A stretch of DNA of 64,000 nucleotides from Bugula neritina (Eukaryota; Animalia; Bryozoa), in the NCBI GenBank assembly GCA_964035545.1, contig OZ037767.1, positions 20,166,628-20,230,627 of the forward strand. Direction: 5' to 3'. This document shows, piece after piece, positions 26,901 through 38,900 of this stretch. The notes under the pieces were generated by a model that made no database searches, was not told where the DNA came from, and worked only from the letters and a program-made list of their open reading frames with translations. Made by a program: the position numbers and the translations under genes. Numbering within the stretch: the first letter of the stretch is position 1; the number at the start of each line of letters is the position of its first letter.

Positions 26901-29900
26901 TCATAGAAGGTCTTGTCACATTGTTAGCATCAGTTCTTTAACTTTAGAGTGCATTTTTGTCATGCCCCGCATAATTATCCACCTGTAGTGAGTACAACAC
27001 AACCCTTAGCTGTGACATGATGAAGGTTGTAGTGTGTAGTGTGTAGTAGAAAGAATGTATATCATGTAGTTTGTGTTATATTGTATTCACTGTTTGTGGC
27101 GTAGAGAGCCGTACATAATATTCAGTGGCGGAATGTCGTACGAAGCTGGCAGGTCCCCCTGTCTGACTATAATGCATGGCAAAGACGTGACAGTCCTGGA
27201 AATGGAACACAAAATACTCGACTTCATCGTCTTGTGTCGCAACGTCTGGTCCTTTGGTAAGAAACATTCAGAGCTACTACCTTAAAGTAATGTATAAGCA
27301 AAGTCAATTGTATAAAAGCTACAATGAGAGCAGTTACTAATAGAAAAGCAAAGTTTAAAACTTAACTTGAATAGCTTCAAGTAATCGACAAAGTTTTAGT
27401 TAAATACATATATCTTAAAAAGAATAATCATTCCCTTTGACTGTTCACTGAAATCATGTCCAAAATTGATCACAAGCGAGTAATTTTGACGAGTTGCTTT
27501 TACAATGCAAGAAAACTTGGGAAAATTGTCCACTCAGCTAAAGTGAATGCACTGTTACTAATCCTTACACACTGAGTATGAACTGGTTCTGTTGGTAGAG
27601 TATGATGATCCATACGCTATAGTTGTTCTACTTGCCAGTGACCTTATCTTCATAGACATGACTATTCCAGGGTGAGTGAGTATGGCATAATATAATAAAA
27701 TACAATATAATATAACATAATGCAATATAATATAATATAATATTTAAATACAATATAATGCAATACAATACAATATAATATACAATATAACATAATATAG
27801 TATATGACATAATATAATATAATGCAATATGATATAATATAATACAATTTAATATAGCATAATATAACACAGTATAATATATTATAATACATTATAATAT
27901 AACTCAATATAATATAACATAATGCTAGATGGTAACACATAATGCAATATAATATACTATGTTGGTCTAGTTGTAGTTAATTTAGGTCAACTGGTCAAAC
28001 TCACTTATTGTATCCATTTTAGACCATCACTATGTTTAGTGTTCAACATTTCATGTTTCTATGCAAATTTTACTGCCTGTAATATTCTTATTAGTGATTA
28101 GGTGTTATATAATCAGATTCTTCTCAAGTATTTTTAGAAAGTAATGCCTACTTTTGTTGTGAATTATCTGTACTTTTTCTCCGAAAAGTCAACTCTATGT
28201 TTTATTAATGTTTTGAATTGATTCATGCTCTTCTTTTAACTCAACTCAGGTACCCGTGCTTTCAATGTCCGTACGCCCTTGACCTTCACGAGTCTCCGGT
28301 CACCTGTCTCAAGTACATCAGTGATTGCGCAGCTGATCTAATTCCTGCCATATACTCGTGCGGCGCCAAGCAGCTACGGGAAGGTTACAGCAAGACGGTA
28401 GAGTTGTCTCTTCTATCTTATCTCAGTGCATGTATTGGCAGTATCACTCTCTGTGTGAAGAATATTCATTATTCCACAGTATTGTCAAATATTGCCTGCG
28501 TCTGCTCATAAGTTACTTGCTGAGCAAGATTGTTTAGCACCACTCCGTTAAATTCCAAGTTACTTCTCAGTGAAAATTACCAGAAATTGCTCATTGTCCA
28601 GTTTTATGGTATTTGATGATAAAGAGCTTTGGTTGTATAAAATGTGGTAATAAAATCTCTACATGCATTCGGCAGTGTTGAGTTGTTGACGAGTTTATTT
28701 CAATGCGTAGGAGTTTCCTGTTAGTGGTGGCGAGTGCACACCCAGTTCTAACAGCTACTCTGAAATACTCATCACTGGACACGCAGATGGCAGCATCAAG
28801 TTCTGGGACGTCTCCGGGAGTAAGTTGTACCACCATGCACTACTCGTCTTGTAACTTCCTGTGCAACTATTCAATAGTCCAACACCTTTAATACCCTTTA
28901 GGTTTTTCTCAGTTGTAGTCATATCTCATTGCTTTTATTTAGTTGAGCATTTGATTCATATTGAAAATCTATTATTGGGGTTTATGCTCAGCGTGATGTA
29001 TTCTCAGAACGAGTAGAGTGTCTACAGATAAATCTATAGGCTGTGCATGTCAACCTTCTATTGCTTTCTATTATATGTGTTTTAATTTGATCATTCCACA
29101 ACATGTTAAGCATCCTAGTTAGCTATTTGTGCTTTGCTGCAGGTACAATATTGTTCCTGTATCGACTAAAATCGAGCAAGCAGTTTGAGAAGATAAAGAG
29201 GAAGTATGAAGAGGATGACGACCTGCTGGCCATTCAGCACATCTATCTAGACGAGGAGAGTCGCCATCTGGTGGTGGCCGCTTCTCAGCACGTCATAGTC
29301 TATGGCTACAGGAAGAAGGAGCTCTCTTACGATGTGCCAGTACGTGCAGATCTGCTTTATATATCCTTGCTAATAGTTGAATCTAGCTTCAACATATCTA
29401 CATGTGTTTGACATCCTTGTTACTGAATATTGTGGCAACTGTCTGCAGGTGGTTGAAGTATCTTGTGCCATTAGTCATATATTCTGACAACCCTTTGCAG
29501 GTGGTTGAGGTGCCTGCTATCAGTGAGCTGGTAGATGAAGACATAGATAGTCCTTCCTCTCCCAGCAATATAAAAGTTCCTCAGAATATTTCCAATAACG
29601 TCACTGGACCTGCAGAGGCAGGCCATGTGACCCGACCCAACGCCGAGAACAAGGTACAACCTCTAATACTTCTGCTCCGCACTGACATAGTTCTAGAACA
29701 GTATTGTTAGTATTGTACTTGGCTATTAATCATGCTAAAACATTTGTTAGTATTCACCATTTTATCGGAATTTTAAAAACTGGTGAACTCTAAATTGATT
29801 TTTTTTAGTATGTATTTAACTCAAACAATTTGCCAAAAACTTTGATCAAACTCAATGCTCTGCTAAGTCAATTCTGTTGATAGATATGTGAAGTGTATAT

Positions 29901-32900
29901 CTAGTGCGGACATTTTCTATTTTCTAGCCCTTCAAGCTGTATAGGTTGAAATCGGCACCCACCCTTTCCACGTATTCATTTAAGCCGGTAACACTATTCA
30001 CTAGTTTTTCCCACTGTGTTTCGCTACTTGGCAATATCATTCTAACCTAGCTAGCTTTATGACTTGCCATCTCATTGCCTAATCACTCTAACAAACTGTC
30101 CTCTAAATTGTGACATTTCTCATGCCTTTTGCTGATGTTGTGTTTGCCGCTTGATCCAAGTCATTGTACTACTTCACTTAACACAGTTGATTATAACTAT
30201 ATAGTCTGGCAGCTTTCCGATTTCTGAAATTGCCATTGTTTTTCTCCTTGTATGCCGCAATTACTCTAAAGCCTAACAGCTTGAGATCATGATTGTGATT
30301 TTGGAGTTGTCAGTTCTATCAAGAGTAGTGTGATTATTAGGTGTAGACAGTTTTCACTTAATGCTTTTGTCCTGTCCGATAAATCTAAACACAATCTTTC
30401 TGGGCTTTATTCAAGTGTCCAATTCAATACTTTCTATTTGTCTATTTATGATATATGTCGGATATATAGTATCTTCACTTGTTGAATTTATGGTGAAATT
30501 TTTCTCATCTTTGACTTTACACTAGTCTATACTGGAGTTGTATGCTCTGTAATTATAATTTCTACCTTCATGTGTTATTCCCGAAGTGATTGAAACTGGG
30601 AAGTCGCCACTTCTTGCTATGGGCAGTAAATCTTTTTCATTCAAATTAAACTATATTGTTGTTGAAGCTTACACCCTCAGCTTAACCTCGGCTTTTAGTT
30701 GCCTCTACTGTCCAGGTAAAATGGCAGTATTTGAGCTTTTATAATGTATTGTGGCAGCTTGTATTAATGCAATTTAACAACACATGTTTTCAGCCATTCA
30801 TGTTATTTGAGTATGTATTGTTATGTAGCTGTAGAAGTTGTCTGTTCTATGTACTTCAATATAAAAGTAATGTTTCCTGCAGCAAATGGATTACTAACCT
30901 GTTAACTCCCGTCTGTATAATCTTGCTTATCATACTTACTTCCTGTCCATTTACAGGATGTAAAGACGTCTGTGAAAGCTAAATCAGGTGTGAAAAAGTA
31001 CAGCGTGGGGTACCAACCAGAGCTGGTGGTACTAGTCCAGTGGTATGAGGGGACGACTCCGCCTATTATAACTTCAGTATGCATAAACTCCTCATATGGA
31101 ATGTAAGCAGCTATTCTACGTAGGCTTAGCGTTGTGTCATGACACATTAGCCCAACATACTCTCTGTTACCTTTCAACAGTCTCGTATGCTTAACCACAC
31201 TCGCATCTAATCGATGTCACATAGTTACTCATCTACCAACTTCTGTCAAACCTTCATTATCAAAGTTGATTAATTTTTTTTAATTTTTTCACCATTTTAT
31301 TTTAACCGCTTTAACCCAGAATATTAAGATTTCTTTGTAATGTCATTGCAAGGTGTACTTTAAACTATCCGATATAATAACCATTCTGATCAGATGGTAC
31401 TATACTACATGTAGACTTGCAATAAGTTGATATAAGAAATGCTGGGCCCCAGGCTATGTTACTCATCAGTGCTGCTGACCCCCAGGTTGGCTGCCGGCAC
31501 CACCACTAGTCTGTTTATAATGGATACGGTGCAGAAGACGTGTCTACTCAACATCCACCCAGCAGAACTGTGCAATAGTGAGATAGGGCGACTGGCCACG
31601 CCTACTACGACCTCTCCCAAGAAGAGGCTCCCCAGCGCATCTGTCTTGGACCAGGAGAGTGGAGCTGAGGCTAACTCCAGGAGCACTGAGCAGGTAATGA
31701 ATGTCTACATAGTAATTCCAGTTTCTAGCATGTGTTCTTCTAGATTGTCATGTTTAGTGTAGTTATATAGTACAGAATCATAATCTCAGCACTGATTTTA
31801 GAATTTTATACTTTCCTTTATTTCATAGTTTACATACTTCCACTGCACACACTATAATGTTGCGTATAGACTGGCTGCTTTGAACTGTTTTTAATTCATA
31901 AATTATTGTTGGACAAGTTATGAAGCTGCAGATTTCTATTTTTGTCTCACAGTATTGTATCGGGGTGACATACGTTGCAAATCTACCTTTTTGTTGGTGA
32001 AAGGTCAACAAAGAACTTAATATGAAGTTTTTGTTTATGTGTATTGGCTGTGCTCTGTATGGTTTCTTGATTATTGATACACATTTGCAATATTCCATAC
32101 TTATCATAGAAAAATACAATAAAGATGCTCAACTAGAAACCTCATTACTTCTATGAATTTGTGACCTTGCGCTAACAAAAATTAATTTTAGAAATTGTAC
32201 TGCAACATAAAACATAATATTATTAGGCAATTTTGAATAAGTAGTAATCACTACATTCAACTTCAAGTTCAAAGTTCAGCCAGTTTAATTTTGTTAGAGA
32301 AGTAAAATCTAAGTAATTGTCTAATGCTATCAGCCTTTGATTTTTGTATGTTTGTGTCATATTTTGTTGGAGTAATACAAAGCCTACTGGATCGCTTTGT
32401 GAGTATATACATGCATATATACAGGATGAATAATGGAAATATTGTGTGTTGAAAGCTAATCGCTGCGTAATAAATTAATTGGAAATCAGTTGAAATTTAC
32501 TGGATTGTCACAAAATGTTAAAATAACTTTTAAGAAAGTTGTAATTTTTGCCAGTCTAACTAAATGCTAAAATTTTGAATCAAAGTAGTTTTTTGACATT
32601 GAAAAGACAACTTCAAGAATTTATTAAACCAAGTTATGCTAGTCCTGTGGCTAAGCCCTTGACATGAGAAAATTCTTCTGAGGCTACGTCTTGATCTTTT
32701 GTACTGTATTGCAACACATTAGCTTTCAGCATGCATTTTACCACTGGCAGTGGAGCTCTATCCACACTCTGCCAATGTGTGTTGTTCTTGTAATAAAGCC
32801 ACCTAGTGTAGACATCAAAGAGGAAACACTCAGTGAGATCAGTCAACCTGACCCCGCGTCGTCCGTGGGAGAGAATAAAAGTGGCCCGTCAGATTCTCAC

Positions 32901-35900
32901 AAACCGTTGACTCCGCCTCCCCGACCACCACCACCTATTAAAAATGGTGGTCATAAAAAGCTGTCTAAAACTGTATCAGACCAGAACCAGCTGCACACCG
33001 TTGGTCTATCATCCAGTGCTACTCAGCAATTGCCGAGTAAAGCGTCGTGGACCAGGAAGTTCAGCACCAAAGTCGGCTCAATAGCCAGCATCTCTGTCAA
33101 GCACAAACATTCAACAAAGTTTAAGTCTTTCACCGCCCTGCCTTCTAGTCAACATGCTCAAGGCTTCTTTTCTGATCAGCAGTCATCAAAGAAGCACCGC
33201 GCTGGTAAGACATGTGTGCTCAAGTTGCTCCTGGTCATGCATTCTGGTTTGAGAGAATAACTTTGTGTCTTCTCTTTTAGACTTTCAGCTTCACCAATCG
33301 ACTAACTATGGGTGAGAACACAGTTGTTATGTGAGATGTTGTGGTCGTCGGTGTTTGTACACCGCAGACGTCTAGGCTCGGTGCCACCGAGAAGGGGGGG
33401 GGTTTGGGACGTCCCGGCGTATGCAAACACTGACTGCTATGATATGTCACTGCTCTGCTTCACTCTAACTTAACCGAGCTTCATTTCTAGCAGACTGATG
33501 AAGGCTTCCACCTCCATGCTTTCTGTAACTCATCTGAGTTGTTGTTAGCTCTGTGGAGTGTCTATACTTTACTAGGTCTGTCCATGCATTCTCAAGACTT
33601 ATGCAACTTGTGTGAGACAGCGTGTGAAGTATAGAGACTTATCACAGCTCCAACATTCATCTGTTGTGTTGGCTGCTCTTGGACATTGATAATATGGACA
33701 ACCAGGACGCCAGACGAATATTTACTCTTCCAATAATCGAACTCTATATTATCAGTGTCCAAGTGTATATCAGCTCTCAAACTAACCACCTATATTTGCT
33801 TTTATAGGTTGTGTTTTACCTCTAACTGTCCTTGACCCAACACTCTGTGCTGCCACTTTGCACGGCCCTTACGCATGTTATAACTCGCTCACACTTTCTA
33901 TTCTTATTGGTTATCATTTTCAGATGCTCAACGGGAGCCCTTCACCAGGGTTTGCTGCCAGACATAAGTTTCGTTGGCAAACTGTGTCTACAGGTACTAG
34001 TAGCAAATAGGTCTCGATTCTTTTGGGTTTGACCCTACTCTTCATTCGCTGCCCTCTGGATTCTGGGGATGCCAGCAATTTCATTCTAGGGTTCTATAAC
34101 TGTCATGGACAAACATAATAAGTCTTTGTCAAAAGCTTTATTTTCAAGAAAAATGCTTCAACACATTTTATTCAAATTTGAAAAATACTTTGTTTTGAGA
34201 AATTCCTACATGATGAAATAGCAAAAGTATCTCTCCAGTACTCTGCCCGATGCATCATGTATAAAGGCAAATTTTGCAGGCATTCCCACACCAGGTCTTA
34301 GATGTGAAAATCGTCCTCGTAATTTTCCTACTTTTAGTATGCATGAGTTTGTTTGATTTTATGGTTTGTTCATCACTTCCTCTAGAACTTCTCATTACAT
34401 GTAGATAACCCGTTCACACTGTTACTCACTAACCAAGGATCTACTACTCACTAACCAACAGTTTAATACTCACTGACTGACTATTAACTACTCACTAACT
34501 GACTACTAACTACTCACTAACTGATTACTAACCACTCACTAACTACTGACTACTCACTAACTGACTACTACCTACTCACTAACTGGAGACTAACTACTGA
34601 CTACTCACTAACTGACTACTAGTTACTCTGTCTCATCTTCTATTATTTGTCTGGCTAGGAAGTATACTATAGTCACTAGACTCTTAATGCCAGCACCCTA
34701 TGTTCCAGTGCTTCTAGTTTAAGACTATCCCAAAGTAGGCTGTGCATAGTCACAACTTGTGACAGGCTACCAGATTTTAAACAGTTGGTAAGCATTCACC
34801 TGTCCAACTAACATATCTGTAGCTGTTTTAGTCTGTAGACTTGATGTGTTCAGCTGTCTTTCCAGCCATCAACTAGACTTCACTCACTGCTAATTCTATC
34901 CATCATATTTATTTCAATTCTGAAAACTACAAATCACACCATTTTCTATGATTTCAAAGGCTCTGCTAGTTAGCAGTATAGGAACTAAAAATAGACTACT
35001 CTATTTTACGTCACAACTTAGTCATTGCTGAGTCGTAGTTAATAGGTCACTCTGTTATTGCACTGTTACCAAAGCAACCTGGCTATTAGCACTTTCACAC
35101 ACCATGCATATTCTGACACAGGCTTGTGTTCATCATCTTCTGCCCCTGTATCTAAATGTATTATGAGTTTACACTCATTACTGTGCATACTGTACAATTA
35201 TGTTATACTTTGTAGTTGATGTGTTCTTTTATACACTGAATGTATATAATTTCACTGTATAGTTTGTGTTGTCTGCTCCTGCACTAATCAGCATCACACA
35301 TGTTGTCATTCACGCTGTGTACTTACAGGGTTTTTACCAAAATTCCTTATCAACCTAAATGTTGTCATTTATGTATGATTTCAGGTTTGGTTGCGTTGAA
35401 ACGATTAACAAAACTAAAACGTAAATAATGCTTCAACTGCATGCATGCCCTTTTGTAATCAAATCGGTGATTGTTATACATTTATAATTGGCTTAAAGAA
35501 TACTTCTACTAAAACAAGGATTCACTAATTTGAACTTTTAAAGCATGTAATCTGCTCTGTTATATAACCTCCTGCACGTTGTTGTTATAATCCTGTTGAT
35601 TCGCGTATCTCTAATAAGGCCTGCATATAAGATTAAATATTATGCAAGAGTTATCTTCTCTTTTGTGATGTCAAAATAATTATGATGCCAACTGCAGTCA
35701 GTTCTATAGATTTGTGTCATGTTATTCACAATGTTATGCGGAGCCGTAGTGTTGAATTCATGTAAATGAATGAACAACTAACCAGGTCCTGGCGCTGTGT
35801 GTAGATAAACCAGATGGGGGCGTGTTCTCGCGATCTCGGTCTCCTAGCAACACCAGTTTAGATGTCTCCACCCACCAACCAGTCGCCGAGGTTCAATTCC

Positions 35901-38900
35901 TTATGTTCGCTGACAGTTACTCTAGAAAACTCAGTGAAGGTTGGTTGCCTTGTTTGGAGATTATTGTAGTATATATAACATCATTTTATTGTATATCATA
36001 CAATTATATTATATAGTAGAGTGTGGATTATTGCAGTTTTTATATAATTGCTGATAATTTTTATAGTAAATATAACGCATCTCTATTAATGTGGAAAAAT
36101 AGAATAGCCTTTCACTTTAAAGAGTAGTCTTTGTAGACGTTCATCATCTACAGCAAACTGTAACTTCATTTATATGGAGTCATCCCCTCCCTGCTCAGCT
36201 TTTCCTTGCGTATTGTAAATTTGAGAAGCATAAGCAGAATTTACTCCCTTAACTCCGAGAGTCTAGACAAGCTATTATTGCTCTGTTCAGAGTGTTTGGT
36301 CTTTGCCTGGTTACTCGCTTACTTCTCCCAGAACGGATAAGGTACACCAATTGGAAAAGGAGTTGTTTTGTTATAACTAATTGTAATGCAATTTGATTGT
36401 AACTGTTTAGGGAAATCTTTGTGGAATAAGGTAGCAAAAGCAGCTCTCAGTAAATCCAAATCACAAGAACTTTCTGGTTTCTCAAAGGCATCAGGCCACA
36501 GTGGTGAGACAGGGGGTTGCTTTGTCACGCTTCAGCTTTTAACTGTTTCTTCCGCAAAACTGAAGCTTTATTAGAAGGCAGAACTGTTTGGCAGAGAAAG
36601 CTTTTTCCCTGTAGATACATGAGTCCATGAGAGTAGTTTGTAAACCTATACCGGTGGCACCGTGCACTGCCTTAACCTCTAGTTTGTGTCTCATATTATA
36701 GTATTATATTATAGTAATATAGTATGTTGGTGTTACAGGTCATGGTTAACTTTGATATTCTATGTATCATTTGTAAACTAATCCGGATTATAGTAGTCAC
36801 TGCTTTTTCTGTATTCTCATGTTTTGAAGTTGTTGATGTATGTGTAATGCTTGAAATGGTGGTCATGGCAACAGCTGATAGGAGCAGAGTAGGGAGACCA
36901 TGTTGTTTGTATAAAATGTGTACTAACTGATGGGGAACAATACATTATCTCAAAAACTTATTTGTACTTTACCATCTTCAGTTAGTTGCCATCAGTTGTA
37001 CTAGCAAATCAGTTTCTCTTCAGCTTCTAACTCCAACTTACATTCTACCACATGAATTTTATTCTAGAATCTGTTCACCTTCCTTTTAGAAAAATCTTTG
37101 CTTTTAAATAAATTTGCTACTAGAAAATATAGTAAGATAGAAGCTGACCAAAATTGGTAGTAACTATTCTAACCATTGAAAGCTCCATGTGCCAGAAGCA
37201 TGAGTAATACAATAATAATCCCAGCGAATGTCTTTTTTAAAACTGGCAGTTCTGAAATGGGCAATTTCAAAAATAGAAATTTATCCAATGAGTATATTTA
37301 GGAAATAAAAAATTCATTTAATGATAGTATACTATAGCACCATAATAATCTAATATAATATTGTTATAATTTTCTTACCAATTAGTTATCAGCTAACGGC
37401 TCTTGTTATATTTTTAATTTGATAGTATAATGTAATTGTTACTATTGTATTTCTATATAATTATCTATGGATAAAGAATTTACTAAAATCAAATCAAAAA
37501 GATTGTGAAAATTTATTTAAATACTTATTCAATTAAAGCAACTGCTGCCACCTTCAGAGCGCTGAGGTGGTAAATATAAGTGAATACATTTGAGTTAACT
37601 TGTACCAACTCTGTTGTAATCATGCTTCTGATGAACATTCCTATTCTTTTTACCTTCAACATTTTTGAGTATACATTTTTTCACTTTTTACTTTTACTTT
37701 TACATTTTCTGTAACTTAGTAGCAGTTCAAAGTGAAGTATAACTAGAGATATAATAGCAATTCAACTATGACCATAATCATGTTGATAGGTGATTAGTAA
37801 AAACACTCTCTTTATTGTTTAATATAATTCTTCACCAAAAGAAAATTTAACTTTCCAAATAACCATTAATTTGATTATTTTCTATTTTTGAAGCCAACTA
37901 TTTTTGTAATGCCCATGTCTAAACTGCCAGTTTTAAAATGAATATTTGCTATTTGAGATGTTGAAATATTTGTGGGTCCAAATGCATGTAGTCTACTGGC
38001 TTTTTATGTCTTAACAATAATATATGTATATCACTATATAATGTGTTGAACATAGCTTATAGGTGTCAAATCTAGCATTATTATGAGTGTGATATGTAAA
38101 ATATTGAGAACTAGCCATGGTTAATGTATTTCATAGCCTTAGCATTTCATAGCGTCAGCATTTCATAGCGTCAGCATTTCATAGCGTCAGCATTTCATAA
38201 CCTTAGCATTTCATAGCGTTAGTTTGGTGTTACTTTACAGAAACCATGTCTAGCCTCTGGGTTGGCACCAGTGCAGGTACAATGATGGCCCTAGATGTTA
38301 TCCCCTACTACTCTGAGAGGGAGACTAAACCTGTCATGTTGGCACATTCAGGTATCCCCCCACCTTACCTGCATGTAGCAGTGGTTAGGGGGCAGCAGTA
38401 TGCTGTGTTTACACCAAGAGTCAATAGCCACCATAGGGTGCTTTGACAATAAATAAGTTTAGGTTTTGATAGTATCTAGTCTAATTAGGTTTCAGTTTAG
38501 CTGGGTTTATATGATTGGCTGATTTCAAAAATAACTTTTTAGCACAGAAATTTATTTCAAAAGTAAAATAGAATGTAATAATGTAATGGCTGCTTTGATC
38601 CATCACTGTTCATTAAACTTTGAAATTATGGTTTTCAGGAACAAAACCGGTAGCTAACTTGAGTAGTCTATTATAGAAGTGGTCATATCTAAACCAGTTT
38701 TATTAAATCCTTTCATTCTCTTGAGTTTAAATTATCGCTATAACACTTAAATATTGTTGGACAAAGACTAAAATTATAAATAATGAACATAATTTCATTT
38801 TTTTAAATAAACGAAAATATGTGTATCCGCAATTTCTGGTTGTATTGCAAACACAATCATAGCTATTCTATCGGTATTGTATATCTGTAATAATCAATTG

